From the NCBI GenBank assembly GCA_951406725.2, contig OX597821.1, forward strand, positions 61,132,001-61,196,000: DNA of 64,000 nt. Direction: 5' to 3'. Under the pieces are notes generated by a model. That model did no database searches. It saw nothing but the letters and a program-made list of their open reading frames with translations, and was not told the origin of the DNA. This stretch comes from Octopus vulgaris (taxonomy: Eukaryota). Every line of letters begins with the position of its first letter. Position 1 is the first letter of the stretch. The translations under genes and the position numbers were made by a program. Below are positions 27,217 through 38,518 of the stretch, in pieces.

Positions 27217-27276
<60 letters not shown>

Positions 27277-27424
27277 ACCGGTACTTAATTTATCGACCCC
27301 GAAACGATGAAAGGCAAAGTCAAACACGGTGGAATTTGAATTCAGAACGTAGCAACGGGAGAAATACTCTTAAGCATTTAGTCCACCGTGCTAACGATTA
27401 ACGATTCTGCCAACTCGCCGCCTT
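27015..27424 (-). mobile_element. Two tandem SINE family B copies separated by (CTA)n
   Basis: Heads at ~27100-27182 and 27330-27424 are reverse complements of the 34216 head. (CTA)n lies at 27217-27274. Confidence 0.75.
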
Positions 27425-27425
27425 C

Positions 27426-27495
<70 letters not shown>

Positions 27496-27522
27496 TAATA
27501 ACAATAATTATAATAATAATAA

Positions 27523-28165
27523 TCCACCTAGTTTTAGTTTCATTCCTTCTCACGTGCCTGTACAGCGCTTTATCTTTGCAATCCTCCATCCTACACACGC
27601 CTGACCGTCTTACTTTCAATAATAGCGGTTCTGAGGCATTTTTTCATACCATGCTACGTTGTTTTCTTCTGCTCTAATGCTGTGTTCGCATCCAATAAGT
27701 CCTCTTCCCCCTCTTTTTCTAGGCATATAGAGTCTGTCTATGTCGCGTTTTGAGTGGAGTATCCCATATCTAGTCAGCAACTTCGTTGTCTTTCTGTCTA
27801 AGTTGTTTATTTCATCAGCTGTCCATGCGATTACCCCTGCTCCATATCTAAGGAGTGTAACCGACCAGGCGTTGACAGCTTAATTTCGACTGAAGGATCA
27901 GTCTCAGTCTGCGCAAGTACTCCACCTTAAATTTTTCTGGCATTTCTTTCTCCATCAATATATTCATTTCCAATATCCCCAAGTACTTATAACTCTTCTC
28001 TACTATTTGCTTCATAACCTCCCGCGACGGTATCGTTAACCCGCCCATACATTTAATATTGCCTCTTTTCAAGACTAACACACCACAGTTTACCTCAGTT
28101 CACTGGTAGTGAAAAGCTGACATCGTAGTAAATCTCCAGCGTTAGAAGCTGTGCAAAGACAATAA
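27523..28165. mobile_element. R4/Dong-like retrotransposon fragment with internal inversion, in (TAA)n
   Basis: Minus strand 27523-28089 encodes CGVLVLKRG...YKYLGILE...YLRRLRLILQSKL (post-RT thumb region). Plus strand 28090-28165 matches the 3' UTR of the copy at 42976-43045. (TAA)n on both sides. Confidence 0.82.
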
Positions 28166-28198
28166 AATAATAATAATTAGAATAATAATAATATTAAA

Positions 28199-28263
<65 letters not shown>

Positions 28264-28277
28264 TGATGATAATAATA

Positions 28278-28350
28278 ACAGGAAATAGATGGTATAGGGA
28301 CACACCAGAAAAGGTCACAGAAAACGAGAAAGCAACCATACTGTAATATG
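28278..28350 (+). mobile_element. Tiny R4/Dong RLE-region fragment after (TAA)n
   Basis: Translates RWYRDTPEKVTENEKATIL, resembling the WY.H.P..V.EN....ILWD motif upstream of the RLE. Confidence 0.55.
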
Positions 28351-28457
28351 GTCACGTGGTGTTGCAGATTCATGAGGATTTCTTTAATTCTTGAGCCAAT
28401 CTTCAAACTTGCCTATGTGGTTTGGAGCATACGGTAGGCAATATGTATTGCATATGA

Positions 28458-28509
<52 letters not shown>

Positions 28510-28600
28510 TTAGATAAAACTTAGATATGTTTCGACCAGAGATTGGTCCAGGCCATGTCTAACTTAATAGCACCACCTGATAGGATTATTCGAATCCTGT

Positions 28601-30505
28601 TTAAGTCAAGTTTTGTTCAAGTAGTGAGTTCTTGTTGGGTGAGTTGTATCCAATTATGGGTGGCTTGTCTGGTATTCTTTGAAGGAATCTATCCAGACTC
28701 TGTTTGAAGTTGATGGGATCCTTTTCCTCTTTGATCTCCCTCGGGACAATGTTAAATAGGGCAGGGCCTGTTGAGGAAAAGAAATTATGTTGCAGTGTAC
28801 ATGTATGTTGTGATCTTGAATTTGGCAGGGGACGTATAGCCCGTGGTCCAAGTCTCGGATGAACCTTGAAGCTAATGTTTAGGTCGTTTGGGCAAAGTTG
28901 GCGGTATATTTTCCACATCGTACAAATGATGTACCGCTCACGGCGACGCTGGAGGGAGTAAAGTTTCAAGGCTTTAAGGCGATCCCAATAGTCGAGAGCA
29001 GCCATGCCTTCAATTTGTTTAGTGAGAGCCCTCTGGGGTGACTCAATTCTGGAGATGTTTTGTCTTGTGTGAGGAGACCACAGTGGGCAGCAGTATTCAA
29101 GGTGTGGCCGTACAAAGGATGAAAAAAGTGGTATGATGACACCTTGTTCTCTGGACCGGAAAGTTCTTAAGATCCAGGAACTCATCCTACGAGCTGTATC
29201 GACCTTCTTGTTGATGTGTGCACTCCAACTGAGATCGTCATCAACAATTACACCCAGGTCTCTGATATTGTTAGAGGCTGTGAGCGGTTCCCCTGAAGGA
29301 AGAGAGTATGGTTGTTTTAGTGAGGAATTTCTTCCAAAATGCATCAGCTCAAATTTTCCCTCATTCAGTTGCATTTTGTTTCTGTCTGCCCATTGACTCA
29401 CAGCATATAGGTCAGACTGGAGTTGAGTTCGGTCTGCTTCTTCATTGACGATTTGCTGGAGCTTAGTGTCATCAGCGAATATTTTCACTTTGCAGTGATG
29501 TACGACACTGGAAAGGTCGTTTACATAAATTATGAAGAGTAGCGGACCCAAAACAGTTCCCTGGGGAACACCGCTGGTGACTTTTGCTGGGTTTGAGTGG
29601 ACTCCATCAACTACAACATGTTGTGTTCTATTCGCTAGGAAATACTGAATCCAGTGTAGAACTTTTCCACGGATTCCAACATTTGCCAATTTTGAGAGTA
29701 GGATGTTATGGTCTACCCTGTCGAACGCTTTACTGAAGTCAAGGTATATGACGTCAGAGTTCGAACCTGTTCCCAAGGCTTTGAGTACATCTTCAATGTG
29801 GTGTAAGAGCTGTGTTAGACAGTCCCTGCCACAGCGAAAGCCATGTTGATTTGAATTTAGGAGTTTGTGGGTCTCCAGGAAGTCAGCTATCCTTGATCTT
29901 AACACTCTTTCAAACACTTTAATGATGTGGGAGGTGAGTGAGATTGGGCGATAGTTGACTGCGAGGGATCTGTTTCCCTGTTTGAAAACCGGGATGACCG
30001 ACTGGGATAGAAACTTATTCGGTATATAACCTGCGTCTAACGAGTTTCTCCAGAGGTTGGTCAGAGGGACTGCAAGTTGATATCTACATTCCTTCAGGAG
30101 ACTGGCGGGAAATCTATCAGGGCCTACAGCGGAGTAATGTTTGACCTCATTTATTGCTGCTACGATGTCGGTGGCAGTGAAGGTTATGTCTGCGATTTTG
30201 TGTTGGGAGTCAGCTTCGTTCGTTTCCCTCACATCAATATCAGTGGGAACACTGAAGACAGAGCAATATTGTTTCTGCAGTATTTCTGCCATTTCTTTAG
30301 CATCGTGTTGGGGAATGCCGTTTTCATCAATCAATGGCCCAATAGGTGAGACAGTGGTTCTATGCTTATTTGCATAAGAATAGAACACTTTTGGGTTCTG
30401 TTTGATGTTTTTGATTACCCATTGTTCCTCCACAGCTCTTTGATTTTCAATGGAGGTTTTCATGTTAGTCTGCAGATGAAGTTTTTCCAGCTCTAGTCTT
30501 TTCAT
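28601..30505 (-). CDS. LINE ORF2 reverse transcriptase (634-aa open segment)
   Basis: NYRPISLTSHIIKVFE, QHGFR, YLDFSKAFD, GVPQGTVLGPLLF, catalytic FADD, DLGV, RPHLEYC. Confidence 0.95.
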   Translation of the reverse strand: MKRLELEKLHLQTNMKTSIENQRAVEEQWVIKNIKQNPKVFYSYANKHRTTVSPIGPLIDENGIPQHDAKEMAEILQKQYCSVFSVPTDIDVRETNEADSQHKIADITFTATDIVAAINEVKHYSAVGPDRFPASLLKECRYQLAVPLTNLWRNSLDAGYIPNKFLSQSVIPVFKQGNRSLAVNYRPISLTSHIIKVFERVLRSRIADFLETHKLLNSNQHGFRCGRDCLTQLLHHIEDVLKALGTGSNSDVIYLDFSKAFDRVDHNILLSKLANVGIRGKVLHWIQYFLANRTQHVVVDGVHSNPAKVTSGVPQGTVLGPLLFIIYVNDLSSVVHHCKVKIFADDTKLQQIVNEEADRTQLQSDLYAVSQWADRNKMQLNEGKFELMHFGRNSSLKQPYSLPSGEPLTASNNIRDLGVIVDDDLSWSAHINKKVDTARRMSSWILRTFRSREQGVIIPLFSSFVRPHLEYCCPLWSPHTRQNISRIESPQRALTKQIEGMAALDYWDRLKALKLYSLQRRRERYIICTMWKIYRQLCPNDLNISFKVHPRLGPRAIRPLPNSRSQHTCTLQHNFFSSTGPALFNIVPREIKEEKDPINFKQSLDRFLQRIPDKPPIIGYNSPNKNSLLEQNLT

Positions 30506-31540
30506 TGTTGTTGAATGTGGATGTTGCGTGTGGGAATATTTTAATTGGTTGATTTTTTTGTTGAGTCTTTTGATGCGCCTGATGAGTGTTTTTTTCTTTT
30601 TAGGAGCCGGTTTCTGTTTGTGTTAGTAGATTTCTTGGGAGCGTGTTTAGAGCATGTGTCGGTGACAATGGTTTCAAAGTGCTGCCACGCGGTCTCAATA
30701 TGAGGGGAATTGAGAGTAAAAGACCAGTCGATGGAAGACAGATCCTTTCTGATTGTTCCCCAGTCCGCTTTGTGGAAATTTATGTTGTCAAATGGGTGCC
30801 ATGGAGTGGGATTGGCTGGTTTGGTTTTTATACGTCGGGAATTAAGATTGCAGAGTACCATGTCGTGGTCTGAGAGGAGAGTTTTTTTCGACTGAAATGC
30901 TGTGAACGTAGCTAGAGTGATTGGTCAGTACCAGATCCAAGATCGTTTTATTCTGTCTCGTTGGTTCAAGCACTAGCTGAGTCAGGAAATACTCATCCAT
31001 CAGATTAAAGAGCAGTTCTGCTGCTGCCCTATCTGATGTAGAGCACTTGCCTAACTTCGGAGTATTTGTGGGCCAGTTCACATGAGGGAGGTTAAAATCA
31101 CCCATCACTATTATGTTTCCGGAGTGGTACTTCCGAAAGAAGGACTTGACTTTGCTAAGGCACTCTTCAAAGTACTTTAGAGGTGCCTGGGGAGGCCTGT
31201 AAAGACCAACAATGGTTATGTCCTTGGCTTTGTTGTATACTGATACCGATTCACAGTAGCCATTGGAAAATGTGTCCTTGGCATCAAGTGAAAAGGAGTC
31301 ATGGATAAAGATGGCTGTCCCTCCCTTATTTCGGTCAGTGCGATCCGCACGAACAATGGTGAAATCTTTTATTTTCACCTCTGCGTCCATATGGGTGTTG
31401 TTCAGGTGAGTCTCGGTAAGGATAAAGAAAGGGAAGCAATGTGCCATTTCGGCAAGCCAACTCTCTATATATGGGATCTTCCATTTTTGGGCAATAATTG
31501 ATGGGTTGATGCCACGTACATTTAACAGGAATGTCGAGGT
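30506..31540 (-). pseudogene. LINE ORF2 N-terminal apurinic endonuclease and linker, broken by two frameshifts
   Basis: The frame is open from TFLLNVRG through ORF 30842-31447. Frameshifts fall in an A7 run (~30885) and an A-rich run (~30590-30600); correcting them joins the segment to the RT ORF. Confidence 0.88.
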
Positions 31541-31571
31541 AAGGGAAGTTGGTAATGGGTGAGTGGTCCTT

Positions 31572-31646
<75 letters not shown>

Positions 31647-31648
<2 letters not shown>

Positions 31649-31790
31649 TGTGTTTATGTGTTTACGTCCCTGTAACTTAGCGTTTAAGCAAAGAGACTGA
31701 TGGAATAAGTACTAAGTTTTAAAAAAACGTGCGGTGCCCCAGCATGGCCGCAGTCAAGTGACTGAGTCAAATAAAAGATAAAATATAAAA
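31647..31790 (+). mobile_element. 3' fragment of SINE family A
   Basis: GGTGTGTTTA...GTAACTTAGCG...GAATAAGTACTA...CAGCATGGCCGCAGTCAAGTGACTGA. Confidence 0.75.
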
Positions 31791-33954
31791 GATACACACA
31801 GGAAATATATATAAAAAATGTTCCTCCAAAAAACCACAACGAAGTTTGCAGACATCTTAGAAAATACACTTTACAAGAAAAGCGATACTAACAACGACTA
31901 TGGCATTATAAAATAAATGTTCCATTATCTTCTTTTACAACTCAAAACACTGTACAGAATATAGTAAAGGAAAACGTGTTGTACACAAAAATAAACTTTG
32001 TAAAAATGGCTGGGTTTTGAAATTCTGTTATATAACTCAAACTGCCTGAGAGTTCATGTTTTAGAATCACCTACAAAATTCATATCGGAATTATTTAAAA
32101 AAAACGTTCTACATTGAAAGACCGAACGCACAGTATTCTAATTTATACTAAATGAGACTAGATAGACTGCTGTTCGTGACTGCAGTGGTCTTGTAACTTA
32201 CTTAAAATCTTGCATTCAATATACTGATGACACAATTGACTTTTGTAAACTAATCGGAAAAGGCACTACACTAGAAATGAAGGCTTTCAAAATGAAAATT
32301 AGTAATAAAAAGCTCACAGTTGTAAAAATATTCGTACGACCACCATCTTTGTAAATCATCACACCGGTTACATGGTTCAGTTATAGCATATTAACACTCA
32401 CTCTCACAAACATCGTCATTAAGAAAGACTTCTGCGTGCGTATCTCCTCGCTTTCACATAACATTTATATGAAGCAAGGTGATGTGATACAATAATATCT
32501 CAACACATATTTTCTAAACGTTCTTTATATGTTGAGTCTGGAAGAAGTAGCTTTGCTTGAGATCGAAGAGCTTGATACTATTAAAACGTCATTCAAAGCT
32601 GAGCAGAAGTGTCTCATGGAGCCGATGTTCTGGAAAGAAAGATCTGGGCATGATAGTTATTACGAAACCTACTGGTTTGGAAAGACGAATGGGACCGGGT
32701 TGTCCAAGTAGCTGGACAGATAAAGTGGAATCCGGAGGACACCAGAAATCATTTTTAAGACTTTTGTTCGGCTTCTTTCTTCTAACGGGGATTCCCTTAT
32801 GTTTGTGCGTGTCTTAATATACAATTCACTGTTGAGAGTAAAAACACTTTCCAAAAAAATCGAGAAGAATGATGCTATTGCTATCCCAAAGTCTCGTTCT
32901 ATGTCGATCACTAGCTCTTGGAACTTCATAAGCTTTGGAGATGTGTGACGTCATTCTATTGATTTTGCTTTGGTCACCGGGTTGGAAATTACGGAAACAT
33001 TTCATCCTTTGTTAACAGGTCGGGAAAGGTCATATTTCATTTGCTTCAAACGGATTTACTAAAGCAGAGATTTCACACTCCTCTCTTTCAAATCGAGTGT
33101 CAACCTCCGAAGTAACCCATTTTTCACACTATTTACAATATCCAGGGACTACCATATTCAATAATGCATTGTGATGCCTATTCATTTGTTCAGCAAGCTA
33201 TCAGATTGTAATATCTTCACTCACGCCTGTAGTTGCATTTGATGGTTTGTCGTTAATGCCAGTGTCTCCTTTAAGCATTTCATACAACTGTGCATAATGC
33301 ATTGTTAATAAAGACTGCCTCAGGTAGTCTAATATGAGTTTCGGTAAGCTTGCCGCTTTCTCTGGATAAAAGTTCAACGATGGCACGAAGCTTCTGCTTC
33401 GGACTCATCATTTTCCAGCAATGAAGGACAGGAGGAAGACTTACTAAGGAAGGAGCGTTCCTCTAGCAATATAAGCAGGTAGAACGACCTATGTTAATTA
33501 ACAAAACATTATGCACACTTTTCCATTAATTTCGGTACATCCCACGTATTTTTCTCTATTGGCAAAATTAAAAACTAAAATATCGTTGATGATATTTGAA
33601 CTTGGAACGGGAAGTGACGTAATTAGAAACCAGAATATTAACAAAACTATTGTTTTTGAGGCTGGGTTGTATTTAAATAAACTTCACTAATCAGAAGGTG
33701 GGTGATACTGACATGCTTAAGTCAAGTTAATTTAAATTTGATATCATTACTGTGACAACAAGAATCTTCCTTTGGTATAGAGAGTCTCATTGATGATGTC
33801 TTTTATACTTTCTATGAAACGTAAGGGCAACAAACTCAATTTTTCTCAGACTGCAGCGTCTTCATGGCACCAAATATATCCCCTTATTTCCTTATTTGTT
33901 CGTGCTTCAAGTATTCTCAATAAGAAACTGTATATATATATATATATATATAAA

Positions 33955-34160
33955 ATGTGACCGCGTGTGTATCGTTGGCGATTTTTTCCCTCCATCTTCC
34001 CTTCCTTGGATCCTTCCTTTCCCTATGTTTCTGACGAAGAGCTCCGCTCGAAACGTTAAAACATCCTTCTTTCTTTCCTTTCCTGAGCGTCCAATAACAC
34101 TATATTTGTTCAACGTCCTCGCGTTGTGTTTTCTCTTTGTGTTTTCATATTTGGAAATAC
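33955..34160 (+). mobile_element. Penelope-like terminal repeat remnant
   Basis: Carries a hammerhead motif; the downstream TTCCTGAGCG..AATA..TTTGTT block is shared with the 18783 and 42432 copies. Confidence 0.65.
34025..34064 (+). ncRNA. Minimal type I hammerhead ribozyme (intact core)
   Basis: Stem I ATGTTT/AAACAT, core CTGACGA(A), stem II GAGC-TCC-GCTC, GAAA, palindromic AACGTT stem III, predicted cleavage after UUA (34058). Confidence 0.75.
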
Positions 34161-34215
34161 CGCTAAGCATTTCGTCCGGAGTGCTCAATGAATGCAGCAA
34201 CATTATTCAAAATTA

Positions 34216-34632
34216 GGGCGGCGAGTTTGCAGAAAGGTTAGCACGCCGGGCGAAATGCGTAGCCGTATTTCGTGTGCCTTTACGTTCTGAGTTCAAATTC
34301 CGCCGAGGTCGACTTTGCCTTTCATTGTTCCGGGCACGATAAATTAAGTACCAGTTAAGCACTGGGGTCGATGTAATCGACTTAATCCGCTTGTCTGTCC
34401 TTGTTTGTCCTCTCTGTGTTTAGCCCCTTGTGGGTAGTAAAGAAATAGGTATTTCGTCTGCCGCTACGTTCTGAGTTCAAATTCCGTCGAAGTCGACTTT
34501 GCCATTTATCCTTTCGGGGTCGATTAAATAAGTATCAGTTACACACTGGGGTCGTTATAATCGACTGAATCCCTTTAATTGTTCTTGTTTGTCCCCACTA
34601 TGTTTAGTCACCTGTGGGCAATAAAGAAATAA
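34216..34632 (+). mobile_element. SINE family B with tandemly duplicated body (tRNA-like head, Meta/MESC-like central domain)
   Basis: Head GGCGGCGAGTTTGCAGAAAGGTTAGC, B-box GAGTTCAAATTC. The unit GTATTTCGT...GGTCGACTTTGCC...AAGAAATA occurs twice (34265-34448, 34449-34632). The domain name is from recalled similarity only. Confidence 0.85.
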
Positions 34633-34799
34633 ATATTATTGACTATTCTCTGTATCACAGAAGAGAAATAATGACTATGGATAATACAACAGAGGCCACC
34701 ATTAACGACCTACAATGTGCATAGAATAACCAGTTGATTCAATATGGCTGTTCAACTGTTGGTAAACTTTGCCTCATAATCTAAGTGAGATAGATTAAT

Positions 34800-35295
34800 T
34801 TGACAAAACAATAACAACAGCAACATAAAACAAGTAGTTGATCAACGAAAGAATTAACTTATGAATAAACTTCCTACAATTGTGATAACGCTGAGAACAA
34901 ATACTCTTCGTTAGAGGAAAATTAAATTGTTATTTTTCCCACACAATGTAAGAGGTCTACCATTCTCATCACCAAAACCGAGATAATATCTCTAGTAATA
35001 ATTCTCCTAATCTTAGACCACATGAGTGGCCTCTGCAATGGCACTCAATACACAGTCACTAACATTACTGACACTTTACAGATAATCAGCAAACTTAGTC
35101 GGCCTTGATGCTAGCAGTGTTGAACCATTGATTTGCCATTTAGAGTAAACAAATGCATTCAGTTTTCTATAAAGTTTGTTTTTGCTATGCAGATAAATTA
35201 AAAAGTCTCATAGAGGTGTGATTGGGTCTTTCGTTTCAAATCCAGTAATCACAGTTGGAAAATTATATGTTGCTATAAACTGTGGGCGATCTAAT
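34800..35295 (+). mobile_element. Helitron Pif1-type helicase C-terminal remnant
   Basis: IILLILDHMSGLCNGTQYTV (34998-35057; consensus LLRNLDP..GLCNGTR), QFSIKFVFAMQIN (QFP..LAFAMTINK) and NPVITVGKLYVAI (PVF.HGQLYVA). Confidence 0.7.
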
Positions 35296-36433
35296 TAATA
35301 ATAATAAAAAAAAAACACCCTGAGGATATTTACAGACCAAACACAATTCCACCGTGCATCTCGCAAAAAGACACAACATAATGATGGAAGCAGAACGATC
35401 GTAGGAACATTACGGTGGAATCATTTAGGTAACTAAAATATAAAAACAAATGCTTTTAGATAAACAATATTAAAAGACTATTTATCAAGCCTTCATTGAG
35501 AATAGTGACCTAAATTTCAATTATTTAGACAATTAAAAAGCACAAAGTGTATTTTGTGAAAATGGAGATCGAGATAAAGTTAATAACTTTATTATTTTTC
35601 TAAGACACTTTGTAGTTAAGCATTTTATATTAAAGATAGCAATTTATATGGAGAAACAGTTTATATTTGAAAAGCGATGTGTATCGAACTAGTAATGGTA
35701 AAAAAAAGTAAACTAAACCACGTGGTAATATTACCAAAATTCCAAGTCGTACGTACATACATACATTCATACATATGTGTGTGTGTATGTGTGTGTATGA
35801 ACATTTATAGAGTTATGAAAAGGATGTTTTATTTATAAGTGATGGATCTGGTTTGAAGCTGTGTCTGGTTTGTTGTGAATTTCGTTTCTGTACTCATTTG
35901 TGTCCGCATCTGTGAGTTTGGACAATACGGATTCTTTGGTCAAAGATTGAACAGTCTTGATAGAATTTACGTTCTCTCTTTGCTCTAAGTTCTCTGTCTA
36001 CATGCCTCCATGTATTAGCTCTTTTTGTGCGTACTTAGATGCCTGCATGCATTTTGTGTACATATCTGCACATATACATACACGTGTTTACATCTAGGCA
36101 TTTACTCGCAATCACACGAAGTATGTATGCCTGTGTATCACTCTATTTATCTGGGTATGTGTCACCATCTGTGTGTGTACGTGTGCTTATATGTCAATGA
36201 GGTTATTACGTCACCTCTCCATTTCCCCACAGACATCTCCTCCCCTTCATCCACTTCATATATCTTACGATACATACATCAACCTTCCAAACGAACAGAA
36301 TAGCCACGTCACTCACACCACACAATCTCTAGTTCTCTAACGCTACACTTCACCAAGTGACCCCAAATGTCCTTCAAGGAAGCGACATTTAATCTAAATA
36401 TATTTAACATTCTAGACACCTCCTTAACTCTCC

Positions 36434-36466
<33 letters not shown>

Positions 36467-36714
36467 CTATAAGGTTATCTCTCATTTCGTTTTCTGTATC
36501 CTTTTCTTTTTTCCCCTTTTCTACTCATTCTATAAATAATCAAATTACCATTCTAAGATACCTAACAAATTGGTGAACAAAAAACAAAAAAATTCGCCTA
36601 CACATACGAGTACTCAAAAAGAATCAACAATAACGGATAAAAATCAACCCAATAGAAATAATCTAGCACACACACATATGCATATACAGTGTATTTATAT
36701 ATATATGTGTGTAT

Positions 36715-36715
36715 A

Positions 36716-36814
<99 letters not shown>

Positions 36815-36890
36815 ATGTATATGTATATAAATGTATATATATATATGTGTGTGTGTGTGTGCGTGCGCATAGGTGTGCGCATGTGTGTGT
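36715..36890. repeat. (CA)n-(TA)n-(TG)n microsatellite
   Basis: Read directly. Confidence 0.9.
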
Positions 36891-37779
36891 TTGCATATGT
36901 TCTATGTTTCTGTGTGTGTATACTTGTTTGTGTACTGTGGTGCACTTTCAAGTTATTTTAGTGTTAAGAATGAAGTTAAAAGTGGAAGATACGAATAAAG
37001 AAATGCTCCCAGAAACTTCTGAAGTAATCTTGTACATTCTTAGAAAATGGTAAAACTATATTAAATTTGGTTGTAATAGAATAAAAGAAAATTCTTCAGA
37101 GAACACAGGCAGGGAAATGTGTCTTCCAGGGATGGTATACAATACGATTTTCGAAGCATAATTTGGATTTTATAAATTTGAGTTTCAGGGTAGATGACAG
37201 TTGAGTGAATGGGTTTCCGACATATTGCTTCTTCAAACAGGAGGTCATAACCTGCCCGCAGCACTTTGTGTCTCTTTCTAACGAAAACGCGTAAATCAAC
37301 CTCTGATTGTACAAAGTTTTATGTATTCTGGGTACATATGAGAACATTGTAGCGATGTTTCTCGCAGAGCAAAGCCACGCATTGAATGCATACCATTACT
37401 TGCCAGTATTGATTGATTTGTACCGCTTTTGTACTGGAACATAAGGTTAATTAGGTGAGAGTTTTATAGATCTTATTTCTTACGATTTCACTTTATTTTT
37501 TTATCAACGAGATTGTATGCTTTTCGTCAGCCGTGATATGATGCAGCGAGAAACACTTTCTATGCATTATGCATTTTCCATGCGAAGTTATAGCTTATTG
37601 AAAACAAGTTAAGACTTATATGAACGAATTAATGCAAGCTTATAAATAATTATTCAATCTCTTTTTACTGATTATATCAGTTTCTAATCATACGTGTATT
37701 GATCCAGAATTACCTGAACAATTTATCTCCTGCCACTTCTTCTCCTTGTCTTAACTCGCTAGATTGAATTCAGAATTGA

Positions 37780-38085
37780 GTTGTTCACATTCTCTTCTAA
37801 CCACTAGATTGGATTCTTTGATTTATCGCCGAAAAGTATCTTCGTTGTAATTTTTCTATATATATTTCAAATGTAATAGTTCTGACGATCTTTCTGGTCT
37901 AGTACCATTTCTATACTTGGTTGCATCGTTTCCTTGTTAGGCATCCTGTTAGTCACAGGCTTCTATTCTAAAAACTTCTTTCCTCAAACGGATGCTCTCT
38001 GGAATTCATTATCAACGTCCTACTTTCCTCTGGTCTATGAGATTCAGTGCTTTATAATTTCTGTCAATCCACTTGATCAACAGCG
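37780..38085 (+). mobile_element. Degenerate 3' end of an APE-type LINE ORF2
   Basis: LDSLIYRRKVSS..FFYIYF..SSDDLSGLVP...YSKNFFPQTDALWNSLSTSYFP resembles the common L..RR....FY.Y...FFPRT..LWNSLP LINE C-terminus. Confidence 0.65.
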
Positions 38086-38237
38086 ACTTGAAGCCTTCCT
38101 CAGTACACAATCGTATATAAAATTTAACCTTCGCTAATAAATATAAATAAAATGGAATCTTCCGTCGAAGACGACGTATGATTGTTTAGTTTCCATGAGC
38201 GACCTGCTTAAACGATTTGTTTATAGTAATGTGTTTG

Positions 38238-38483
38238 TACATTATTTACATTATTCAACGGATATTTGTCTTCATCTTGCTTGTTGTTAACACAACGCTT
38301 CGGCTGATATACCCTCCAGCCTTCGTCAGGTGTCTTGGGGAAATTTCGAGCCTGGGTTCTCATTCCTAAGACATTTTTCGATGTTGATGTTGTTATTATT
38401 ATTATTATTAATATTACTATTATTATTGATGATCTTGTTCGATTCCAAGCAGTGACCTGAACAATAACAACAACAGCAACAAC

Positions 38484-38518
<35 letters not shown>

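Larger units (their letters stand above)
28505..31574 (-). mobile_element. CR1-like (APE-RT) LINE, ORF2 essentially complete, 5'-truncated, embedded in (TA)n
   Basis: APE motifs LLNVRG, LTETHL, GLYRPP, MGDFN, LDLVLT, SDH, followed by the RT. Short 3' UTR ending in (ATCTAAGTTTT)2. (TA)n at 28465-28504 and 31574-31646. Confidence 0.95.

Noticed and set aside
37096-37347. ORF with KCCGQVM, possible Merlin/IS1595-type zinc ribbon
   Set aside because: A single weak motif with no DDE region or TIRs recognisable.
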